Shown here piece by piece: positions 1-7,803 of a stretch of 64,000 bases of DNA. Origin of the DNA: Candidatus Caldisaccharidevorator sinensis. GTDB taxonomy: Bacteria > Armatimonadota > Fervidibacteria > Fervidibacterales > Fervidibacteraceae. The DNA is taken from assembly GCA_032161505.1 (NCBI GenBank), contig JAVKTG010000002.1. One strand, written 5' to 3'. The notes beneath the pieces were generated by a model. That model was not told where the DNA came from. It searched no databases and saw nothing but the letters and a program-made list of their open reading frames with translations. Made by a program: the position numbers and the translations under genes. The stretch's first letter is position 1, and each line of letters starts with the position of its first letter.

Positions 1-471
1 ACTCAGACACTGTTGGGGGTCGCCGAAGGTTCCGACAGAGATTTCTGTGCTCCCTCCCCCCACGTCGGCGACGCCAAAACGAGCGTCCGATCGGTGCCCC
101 AATGTCAGACCGGAGGTCGCACCGATGAAAGAGAGCGTCGCCTCTTCTTCTTCCGAAAGGACCCGAACGGGCAAGCCCGTTTCCGCTCGCACCCTTTGGA
201 CCAACGCTTCGCCGTTCTTAGAGGACCGAACCGCTTCGGTGGCGAAAAGGAAAATCCGATTGGGCTCTTTACTTCGGAGTCGGCGCACCAGGTCGGAGAC
301 CGCTTGGACCGTCCGGTTCATCGCCGAGACCGTCAAATTGCCGTCGCCGGCGTCGGCACCCAATCGGGTGATCAACCCTCCCGTTTCCTCATCGGTCCAA
401 TCGTCGCCCTTGCGCCGGGAGATAAGGTAACGAACGGCGTTGGTGCCTATGTCCACGAGAGCGACCCGCAT
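1..471 (-). CDS. Ppx/GppA family exopolyphosphatase/guanosine pentaphosphate phosphohydrolase (N-terminal part; C-terminus lies beyond the window start)
   Basis: Minus-strand translation from the ATG at 471..469 reads MRVALVDIGTNAVRYLIS...LSEEEEATLSFIGATSG...DVGGGSTEIS. These are the Ppx/GppA N-terminal actin-like ATPase motifs (DxGTN, GGGSTE). A GGGAAAGG RBS sits 5 nt upstream. The listed plus-strand ORFs 13..495 and 47..430 are antisense artefacts. Confidence 0.75.
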   Translation of the reverse strand, partial: MRVALVDIGTNAVRYLISRRKGDDWTDEETGGLITRLGADAGDGNLTVSAMNRTVQAVSDLVRRLRSKEPNRIFLFATEAVRSSKNGEALVQRVRAETGLPVRVLSEEEEATLSFIGATSGLTLGHRSDARFGVADVGGGSTEISVGTFGDPQQCLS

Positions 472-544
472 GCACCTTTCCCGCTACAATGGTGACATAA
501 AAAAGATAAACCGGATAAAAACTTCGGACCGGGTGGCGTAGAAA

Positions 545-1765
545 ATGGACTGGAAGTGGGAAGAGAACGGTTCCGTCACAACCCCTTTCGGTTTTGTCGC
601 TTCAGGAGTCGCTTGTGGAATTAAGGCGACCGGGAAAAAGGATTTGGCTCTCATTCTGAGCCAGACGCCGGCGGTAGCAGCTGCCACATTTACCACCAGC
701 AAAGTGAAAGCCGCACCCCTTTTGGTCAGTAGGGAAAATTTGCGGCCGAGAAAAGCCCAGGTCCGCGCCATCGTTGCCAACAGCGGCAACGCCAACTGCT
801 GCACGGGCGAGAAAGGTCTGGAAGATGCCAGGAGGATGTGTGAGGAAACAGGGACGGCACTTCAAATCCCTGCCCACCAAGTTTTGGTGGCATCGACAGG
901 AATCATCGGGCGGCTTCTGCCGATGGACCGGGTGGTAGAAGGGATCCGAATGGCTTCCCAGCAACTGTCCCGCGACGGCGGTCTCGCCGCAGCGGAAGCG
1001 ATCATGACCACTGACACCTTCGCCAAATCGGTAGCCCTGAAGGTGCTGATTGGCGGCGCTGAAATTCGGATCGGCGGGATAGCTAAAGGAGCCGGAATGG
1101 TCGCACCCAATATGGCGACGATGCTGGCTTTCCTTACTACCGATGCCCGGATACACCGCAGCGCCCTTCAATCTGCCCTTCGGTCTGCCGTTGACCGAAG
1201 TTTTAACAGCATCACCATTGACGGCGACACATCGACCAACGACACCGTTTTTGTCCTTGCCAATTGGCAGGGCGGAGGTCCGACCCTCTCGGAAGGTAGC
1301 CCGGAGTTCGAGACCTTCCGATCGGCGTTGACCATCGTCTGCCAGGAACTGGCGAAGAAGATCGTCCGAGATGGAGAGGGTGCTTCTAAGTGGATTGAGG
1401 TGCAGGTGCACGGCGCCGCTTCAGATCAAGACGCCCGATCGGTCGCCTTGACGGTCTCTAATTCCGTCCTTGTCAAGACGGCTCTTTTTGGAAACGATCC
1501 CAATTGGGGTCGCATCGCCGCAGCCGTCGGGAGAGCTCCCGCCCGGGTCCGGCTTGACTCCCTCTCCATACGGATCGGCGACTTGGTCTGTTTGGATAGG
1601 GGCGAACCCGTCCCCTTCGACAACGAGAGAGCCCACCAATGGCTGAAAGAGCATCGAGATGTTACGATTGCTATCGACCTGGGTTTGGGAGACGGAACCT
1701 GGACCGCTTGGACCTGCGATCTGACATTGGAATATGTCCGGTTCAACGCTGAATACACGACTTAG
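545..1765 (+). CDS. argJ: Bifunctional glutamate N-acetyltransferase / amino-acid acetyltransferase (ornithine acetyltransferase)
   Basis: 406 aa. Contains the ArgJ autoproteolytic motif ATMLAFLTTDA and the TIDGDTSTNDT motif. Antisense ORFs 602..1411 and 862..1110 are spurious. Confidence 0.9.
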   Translation: MDWKWEENGSVTTPFGFVASGVACGIKATGKKDLALILSQTPAVAAATFTTSKVKAAPLLVSRENLRPRKAQVRAIVANSGNANCCTGEKGLEDARRMCEETGTALQIPAHQVLVASTGIIGRLLPMDRVVEGIRMASQQLSRDGGLAAAEAIMTTDTFAKSVALKVLIGGAEIRIGGIAKGAGMVAPNMATMLAFLTTDARIHRSALQSALRSAVDRSFNSITIDGDTSTNDTVFVLANWQGGGPTLSEGSPEFETFRSALTIVCQELAKKIVRDGEGASKWIEVQVHGAASDQDARSVALTVSNSVLVKTALFGNDPNWGRIAAAVGRAPARVRLDSLSIRIGDLVCLDRGEPVPFDNERAHQWLKEHRDVTIAIDLGLGDGTWTAWTCDLTLEYVRFNAEYTT

Positions 1766-1774
1766 GGATAGGCA

Positions 1775-3889
1775 ATGGAGACGCCGCACACTATCGGCCG
1801 GTTCACCGTCCTGAGGGAGATCGGCAGGGGTGGAATGGGTCGGGTCTATCTGGCTCACGATCCCCATCTGGACCGAAGGGTCGCGATTAAGGTTTTATCG
1901 CCTTCCCTATCGGGTGATCCCGAGGTGGTCGCCCGCTTCCTCTCGGAAGCCCGCATCGCTGCTTCTCTTCAACATCCCTCTATCGTGACCATTTACGAAG
2001 CAGGTGAGGTTCAGGGTCAGGCGTATATCGTTATGGAGTATGTGGACGGTGATGACCTGACCGCTCTCCTCAGACAGTCCGCTCCGTTGCCGACCAAACA
2101 GGCTTTCCTTCTCCTCAGCCAGATCGCAGCCGCCCTTGATTACGCCCACAGCAAGGAAATCATCCACAGGGACATCAAGCCGGGCAACATCTTGGTCACA
2201 AAAGACGGGGTCGCAAAGTTAATGGACTTTGGCATCGCCCGGGTGGTCGGCGGGCAACGGCACACAAAAACGGGCGTGCTGATCGGCACCCCCGAATATA
2301 TGGCTCCGGAAGTGTGGGAGGGAAAAGAGGCGGATCGCTCTTCTGACCTCTATTCCTTCGCCGTCGTGGCTTTTGAAGTCTTCACCGGGAAGGTGCCTTT
2401 TACCGGCGCCACACCGATCGCTATCGGCTTCAGTCATTGCCGCGACCCCATCCCCAGGACAGGTCTAGGTGAGACGCTGGATCGGATTTTCGAGCAAGCA
2501 CTGGCGAAGGACCCCCGCTACCGTTACCCGACCGCCCAGTCTTTCATTCTGACCCTGCAAGATGCTCTCTACCTTTCCCCAGAGGTAAGGCGAACCGCCC
2601 CTCGCCCCCCACAGACGGTGCCTGTGTGGGAAGCGAGACCTCCGATTCCCGAATTTCCGACCATCCCTTACCAGGTTACGCCGACCTATGCCCAAGCCGA
2701 AACCGTTAGTCGCCCAACGGTCTCCAAGGCAATTCCGTTGATCCTGATCGGAGTTATGGTCGCTGCTGGTCTTGCCGTGGGGGTTGCTATCGCCTTATTC
2801 CTGTCTCAGAGAGGAGGGGGAAGCGATTTACGGAACCTATCGCTGGAGACCAGCCTTTCAACCGGTTCTCAACCTATACCTGAACCTATAGAGGAGACGG
2901 AGCCGACGCCGACTGCCCGGCTGAAACCGTATCGGAAACTAAGCGGTATCAATCAGTCCGCCGGCGGCGTCGCCATCTCCCCTGACGGAGTTTGGGTGGC
3001 TTCGGGAAGTCAATATCTGGACTCCGACCAGGGAGGCACCCTCTGCATATGGAATCTAGAATCGGGCGTTACCCCGGTGAGAGTCCTGAAACGCTTTCCA
3101 TCAGCGGTCCGTCAGGTCTCCTTTTCTTCTGATGCCCGATTCCTTGCCTGCTTGGCAGGCGATAGGATTACAAGCTACAAAGTCGGATCCTTCGAACTTG
3201 GTTGCGTCGTCGAAACCTCGGATCCCACAGCCATCGCCTTTTCACCGCGCGGTGCCTTCTTTGCATCCGCTCGCGAGGGGGGCTTCGTGGAAATCCAGCA
3301 GTACACACCGACAGGTCAGACGATAATAGCAGAGGAAACCGCCCTTCCGCCCATCCGCCTTCCCCGTCGCGTTTTGTCCATTGGCTTTTGTCCCACATCA
3401 AACGAGATCGCCCTCGGCAACAGTTCAGGGGTTATCGGCGTGTTTCGCGTCAAGGAACTAAGGAGGGATCCAAGTTATGTCAGAAAATGGCAGGGGCACG
3501 GGGGTGAAGTGCGATCCATTGCTTTTTCACCCGATGGCAAGGTGCTTGCCTCTGCTGGTGAAGACGGTCGTGTCTGTATCTGGCAAAGACCTGATTGGAG
3601 CCGTCTAAAGACCCTGGACCACGATTTGCCGCCCGGCTCGGGAATTAACGCCATCGCGTTCTCCCCTGACGGTCAGTGGCTCCTTTCGGGGAGCGATGAC
3701 GGCATCATTCGCCTCTATAGCACCACTACCTGGGATCAGTTGGATGCCGTGCAGGCTTTCCAGGGAAAGGTCGCAAGCCTTTCCGTCGCTCGCAACGGAA
3801 TCATTGCCTCCTCTGGCGATGAGGACCTGATCAAGCTTTGGACCATCGCCATTAGCCAAAGTACTGAACCGGAAGAGGGAAACTTTTAG
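1775..3889 (+). CDS. Hanks-type Ser/Thr protein kinase with a single TM segment and C-terminal WD40 beta-propeller repeats
   Basis: Kinase subdomains HRDIKPGNIL, DFGIA and GTPEYMAPE. A hydrophobic segment IPLILIGVMVAAGLAVGVAIALFL follows. The C-terminal region carries repeated WD-type units (AFSPDGKVLASAGEDGRVCIWQ; AFSPDGQWLLSGSDDGIIRLYS). The start lies 9 nt after the argJ stop. Confidence 0.85.
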   Translation: METPHTIGRFTVLREIGRGGMGRVYLAHDPHLDRRVAIKVLSPSLSGDPEVVARFLSEARIAASLQHPSIVTIYEAGEVQGQAYIVMEYVDGDDLTALLRQSAPLPTKQAFLLLSQIAAALDYAHSKEIIHRDIKPGNILVTKDGVAKLMDFGIARVVGGQRHTKTGVLIGTPEYMAPEVWEGKEADRSSDLYSFAVVAFEVFTGKVPFTGATPIAIGFSHCRDPIPRTGLGETLDRIFEQALAKDPRYRYPTAQSFILTLQDALYLSPEVRRTAPRPPQTVPVWEARPPIPEFPTIPYQVTPTYAQAETVSRPTVSKAIPLILIGVMVAAGLAVGVAIALFLSQRGGGSDLRNLSLETSLSTGSQPIPEPIEETEPTPTARLKPYRKLSGINQSAGGVAISPDGVWVASGSQYLDSDQGGTLCIWNLESGVTPVRVLKRFPSAVRQVSFSSDARFLACLAGDRITSYKVGSFELGCVVETSDPTAIAFSPRGAFFASAREGGFVEIQQYTPTGQTIIAEETALPPIRLPRRVLSIGFCPTSNEIALGNSSGVIGVFRVKELRRDPSYVRKWQGHGGEVRSIAFSPDGKVLASAGEDGRVCIWQRPDWSRLKTLDHDLPPGSGINAIAFSPDGQWLLSGSDDGIIRLYSTTTWDQLDAVQAFQGKVASLSVARNGIIASSGDEDLIKLWTIAISQSTEPEEGNF

Positions 3890-3930
3890 TCGATACCGAA
3901 AAAGAGCACCATCGCCCTTGCCCCTGCTGT

Positions 3931-3952
3931 CGGGAACTCTCCCACTTTTTTC
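3931..3952 (+). terminator. Weak candidate intrinsic terminator after the kinase gene
   Basis: GGGA-ACTC-TCCC hairpin (only 4 bp) followed by ACTTTTTT. The stem is short, so this is low confidence. Confidence 0.25.
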
Positions 3953-4057
3953 ACCGACTGATGCCCCCTTGACTGACCGATTCACTGATTTCCCGCAACA
4001 CAGGCAGAGGCTAACCATAATCTATTTGATCTTTTTCCTCGGACAGGAGGAAGGACA

Positions 4058-4939
4058 GTGAGACGGAACGAGATCACCCTGGAACAGAGAGCGCAGGTCC
4101 TTATTGAAGCCCTTCCTTACATTCGTCAATTCTACGGTAAGACGTTCGTCATCAAGTACGGGGGCAAAGCAATGGAAGACCCGAAGGCAAAGCAGGCAGT
4201 CCTTCAGGACATCGTCCTGCTCCGATATGTCGGGATCGTTCCGATCGTCGTCCACGGCGGTGGACCCGAGATTACTGAGATGTCCCGGCGACTCGGTCTG
4301 AAGGCTCGCTTCGTTCGGGGGATGAGGGTGACGGATCAGGAAACGGCTCAAATTGCCGAAATGGTACTGACGGGACGGATCAACAAGGAATTAGTCGTCC
4401 AATTGAACCAAATGGGGGCTGGTGCCATCGGGCTTTCGGGAAAGGACGCCTCCCTTTTGAAGGTCCGCAAGATCTCCCCCGAAAGGACCGGCGGTGTGGA
4501 CATCGGCTTTGTCGGCGAGATCGTTGCAGTCGATACTCAAGTTCTCACATACCTGTGCGAAAAGGGCTATATCCCCGTCGTCAGTTCCATCGGTGCGGAC
4601 GATCAGGGGCAAACCCTGAACCTGAACGCCGATACGGTGACGGGCGCCATCGCTTCTGCCCTTGAGGCGGAAAAAGTAATCTTCCTGACCGACGTGCCGG
4701 GGATCTGCCGAGACAAATCCGATGTCTCCACCCTCATTTCATCCGTCACGGCAGCGGAAGTCCGCTACCTTCTCCAGTCCGGTCTGGTCGATGAGGGAAT
4801 GGTCCCCAAATTAGAAGGATGCCTCCGGGCACTGGACGGCGGCGTCCGTAAAGCCCACATCATCAACGGCTCCGTCCCCCACGCCCTCTTAATGGAAGTT
4901 TTTACGGACAAGGGAATTGGAACAATGATTGTGCCTTGA
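4058..4939 (+). CDS. argB: Acetylglutamate kinase
   Basis: GTG start preceded by a GGAGGAAGG RBS. Motifs GKTFVIKYGGKAM and VVHGGGPEIT are typical of the amino acid kinase family / ArgB. Confidence 0.9.
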   Translation: MRRNEITLEQRAQVLIEALPYIRQFYGKTFVIKYGGKAMEDPKAKQAVLQDIVLLRYVGIVPIVVHGGGPEITEMSRRLGLKARFVRGMRVTDQETAQIAEMVLTGRINKELVVQLNQMGAGAIGLSGKDASLLKVRKISPERTGGVDIGFVGEIVAVDTQVLTYLCEKGYIPVVSSIGADDQGQTLNLNADTVTGAIASALEAEKVIFLTDVPGICRDKSDVSTLISSVTAAEVRYLLQSGLVDEGMVPKLEGCLRALDGGVRKAHIINGSVPHALLMEVFTDKGIGTMIVP

Positions 4940-5428
4940 ACGACGGTCTTTACGTCCGTAAGACACCATGCCGATCAAGGGGTTGACCCAATTTCTGGCG
5001 CTGGCATCCATTCGGTAACAGGCACTACATCCGCCTTGTCTGTTGGATTCCCCGCATTGAGTTGGAAAAACAAAACACTGATTCCGTGACGAAACCGAAT
5101 CCGCCTTGAGCGAACGGCTCACCATAGTGAAGGCGCAACTCTTGACAATGGGGCATCCCGACCATGCCCCGTCCCAGGAGGCATCACACATCTGACGCAG
5201 CGCCCGAATCGGCATTCGGCAGCGGGGACATTTCTCTGGCGGGATGGTCGCCCCGCACCGAAGGCAATAGGTAGATGCCACAAGCGCCAGCCGACGGTAC
5301 TCCCTACTGCGACCCCACCTTAACTTCTTGGACTCTCGCGACTGTGACCCAACAGGATGGCATAATCAGAATAACAAAGCGCCATCGTCCATCTAATCTA
5401 TGGACCCTTTGAAAAACGGGAGGAGCGG

Positions 5429-6754
5429 ATGATGGTCAGAAACGGGTCAGGGGCGCGCCCAATCCTACTATGCATTCTCTCCTGCTTCTTTCTCGCTGCG
5501 GTCCTTTTTGCAAGGACGCAGCGCAAAGGAGATGAAGGAGCGATCCCTGCGCTACGACCATTCAGTTTGAAGGTTCCCCTTGACTTCACGATCCCTAAAG
5601 CCCGAACCGGCGACGAATGGTATTTCAGCGTGGCTCAGCATCTGACCGTTCAGACCCAGCGACCGTCGGCAATCCGTCACAGCCCGAAAGATGCGAGGTT
5701 GTTCGGGACAATTGAGATGGCAAACCGATCGTGGGCTTTCGCCCTGATGCGTTCAAAAAAGGGTGGCACTGCTTTTGACCGTTTAGTGCTGGACAGCAAC
5801 CAGAACGGGGATCTGACCGATGACCCCGTCCCTATCGCAAAAGTTCGCACTTCAAAACGTTATCTGCCCGGGAAACGATGGACCGAATGGCGGGTTTCTT
5901 TCTATCCGGTCGGTCTCAATATCGCCATCAAAAAAACCGCCGTTAGGCATGCTTTGCTCCTTAACTTTGAAGGTCAAGATCAGGGAATCTACGAGGCCCG
6001 CTACCGCACCTACTGCTATTGGTCCGGCACCATTCCCCCTCCTTTGGGTCCGCTGAAGGTCGCCCTCATAGATTACAACAGTAACGGACTGCTGGGTGAC
6101 GAGCCACCAAAGCACCCTGACGTTTATCATCTGGGTCGGGGTGACCTCTTTTTAACAGACGACAACGGCGACGGTAATCCTTTCAACGATGGAATGCCAC
6201 CCCTTCCCAAACTCCTTCACCTAAAAGGAGGCTACTATCAGTTGTCCCTGAACCTCCTGGCGGGGTCGCCGACCCTCACCCTCGCACCTTACCGAGGGCC
6301 TGCCGGCATCCTTTCGGCGCCTTACCCTCAAATGGGCTTAGGCCTCTTCTCCGACCGTTGGGGACCTCTGATCGTCCGCCTCCAGAACGGCAAGGCGCTC
6401 ATTCCCGAAGGGACCTACCAGATCCTGGAGTGGGAAGCCACTGCCCGGGACGACCAGAATCACCTTTGGAGTCTTGGCGCTTATAGAGCAGAAGAGGGAA
6501 CAAGGGGGACGGCGGCAACGACTTTTTCCGTTCGTAAGGATTCCTTGACACCATTGCCGATCCCATCTACTCTGAGAACGATCCTGACCGTCGAACATAG
6601 GGACACTTCTGTAGAATTCAATTTGACCCTCATGATCGGTTCCTTTAGAGTCGGTTTCCTCAGGAAAGACAAAAAGAACCCGCCCGAACCGATTCTGAAA
6701 ATCGTGGACGAGACAGGGAAGGTCGTTACCCAGTTGAAGTTTCATTACGGGTGA
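5429..6754 (+). CDS. Hypothetical secreted protein (N-terminal signal peptide/TM)
   Basis: 441-aa ORF with a hydrophobic N-terminus ILLCILSCFFLAAVLFA. It has protein-like composition and no recognisable catalytic motifs. Confidence 0.5.
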   Translation: MMVRNGSGARPILLCILSCFFLAAVLFARTQRKGDEGAIPALRPFSLKVPLDFTIPKARTGDEWYFSVAQHLTVQTQRPSAIRHSPKDARLFGTIEMANRSWAFALMRSKKGGTAFDRLVLDSNQNGDLTDDPVPIAKVRTSKRYLPGKRWTEWRVSFYPVGLNIAIKKTAVRHALLLNFEGQDQGIYEARYRTYCYWSGTIPPPLGPLKVALIDYNSNGLLGDEPPKHPDVYHLGRGDLFLTDDNGDGNPFNDGMPPLPKLLHLKGGYYQLSLNLLAGSPTLTLAPYRGPAGILSAPYPQMGLGLFSDRWGPLIVRLQNGKALIPEGTYQILEWEATARDDQNHLWSLGAYRAEEGTRGTAATTFSVRKDSLTPLPIPSTLRTILTVEHRDTSVEFNLTLMIGSFRVGFLRKDKKNPPEPILKIVDETGKVVTQLKFHYG

Positions 6755-6811
6755 GGGTTTGCTTGCTCGCTCTCGTGGAGAGCGCCTAAGGACCTGACGC
6801 CGGGCACCAGT

Positions 6812-7315
6812 TTGAAGGCTATTGTGGAAATGGAGACAGGACCATGGCAACGGGAGGCGTCTGAGCCCCTCCGTTTCCATTTGAAGGAGCCCCGCAGGGA
6901 CGGCGCCTTGGCGGACCGATTGATGCCCAGTGGCGATCTATGTGCGCGCAACCTGAGACAGATCTCTTTGGCTATGATGATGTATGTTCAAGATTACGAT
7001 GAGAAATTTCCTCCCGCATCTGTGTGGATAGATGTCCTTCTCCCCTACGTCCGCACCGAGGACGTTTTTGACTGTCCCGAAGGAAACGGAGAGTATGGGT
7101 ATGCAATGAACGAGAAACTTAGCCGTCTCTCGCTTGCCGAGGTTCGCTACCCCTCTGCTACGGTGATGATCTACGAGTCAAAGATTCGCAGACGAAATCA
7201 TTTCGGAACGGGTAAAGATTTGGACTATCGTCACTACGGCGGAAGTTGGGTCGCCTACTGCGATAGTCATTGTGCCTGGCATCCCGAGCAAGACAAACTC
7301 CACTTTCAGCCCTGA
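6812..7315 (+). CDS. DUF1559-type (planctomycete pseudopilin-like) C-terminal domain protein lacking the prepilin N-terminal helix
   Basis: NLRQISLAMMMYVQDYDEKFP closely matches the conserved NLKQIGLALHNY..DYD segment that follows the prepilin methylation helix in DUF1559 proteins. The C-terminal WVAYCDSHCAWH resembles the conserved ..FADGHV.. end. No upstream hydrophobic prepilin segment is found in any frame. Confidence 0.45.
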   Translation: MKAIVEMETGPWQREASEPLRFHLKEPRRDGALADRLMPSGDLCARNLRQISLAMMMYVQDYDEKFPPASVWIDVLLPYVRTEDVFDCPEGNGEYGYAMNEKLSRLSLAEVRYPSATVMIYESKIRRRNHFGTGKDLDYRHYGGSWVAYCDSHCAWHPEQDKLHFQP

Positions 7316-7351
7316 GAAAAACGTCGCCCGAGAGACACAGGGAGAGGCAGT

Positions 7352-7683
7352 TCAATAGCTTTCAAAGGCTTTCTGAATCTCTTTCCTCAGAGCCGCGCGC
7401 GCCCGGTGGAGAAGGGCTTTTACGGCTAAGAGGCTGACCCCAGAGACTTGGCGAGTTCCTTCTCTTTTACGACGGAGCCCCGCCTGATCTGGTCGCTCTT
7501 CCAGCCGCAGTGCCAATTCTGTAAAGAAACCCAGTCATTGGTGGAGGAGATAGCCCAACTGTCTCCTCTGACGGTGCCCTGCCCGACCCGATCTTCGCCC
7601 TGTATGTGCTGAAAGCCGCCGACCAGATCACCTTATAAGAAGCCGACCAGTTGGAGGAAGTAGACCGTCGCCTTCGGGCGCAT
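7352..7683 (-). pseudogene. Frameshifted remnant of an ECF-type sigma-70 factor (region 2-like fragment plus region 4 HTH)
   Basis: The minus strand encodes ...LQNWHCGWKSDQIRRGSVVKEKELAKSLG. After a -1 frame change it continues VSLLAVKALLHRARAALRKEIQKAFESY-stop. This is the sigma-70 region 4.2 HTH pattern (LG.S.G.V...LHRAR..LR). Upstream, a GDLVGGFQHI...DSWAISSTND fragment recalls region 2. The frame is interrupted by stops, so no intact ORF remains. Confidence 0.35.
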
Positions 7684-7803
7684 GATCACTACCTTTGAGA
7701 TCGGGAGCGGACCTGAAAGTCTCTTTTTGCTGATCGGAAGGGAGCGTTGCCGTCGAAAAGAGAACCCATTGCTAAAATGGAGATGCGGCGATGACGAAAG
7801 GCG

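Noticed and set aside
602-1411. 269-aa ORF antisense to argJ, plus other long antisense ORFs (e.g. 29108..30031, 39950..40978, 42268..43128)
   Set aside because: They lie entirely inside well-supported genes on the opposite strand. Their composition is Arg/Pro/Gly-rich, as expected for antisense frames of high-GC coding DNA.
4889-5281. Cys-rich ORF (CLRCGATIPPEKCPRC..., zinc-ribbon-like) on the minus strand downstream of argB
   Set aside because: It has a GTG start with no convincing RBS. It overlaps the argB 3' end, and the remainder of the ORF is low-complexity. The CxxC-N10-CxxC spacing could arise by chance in GC-rich DNA. It is unconfirmed, so it is not reported as a feature.
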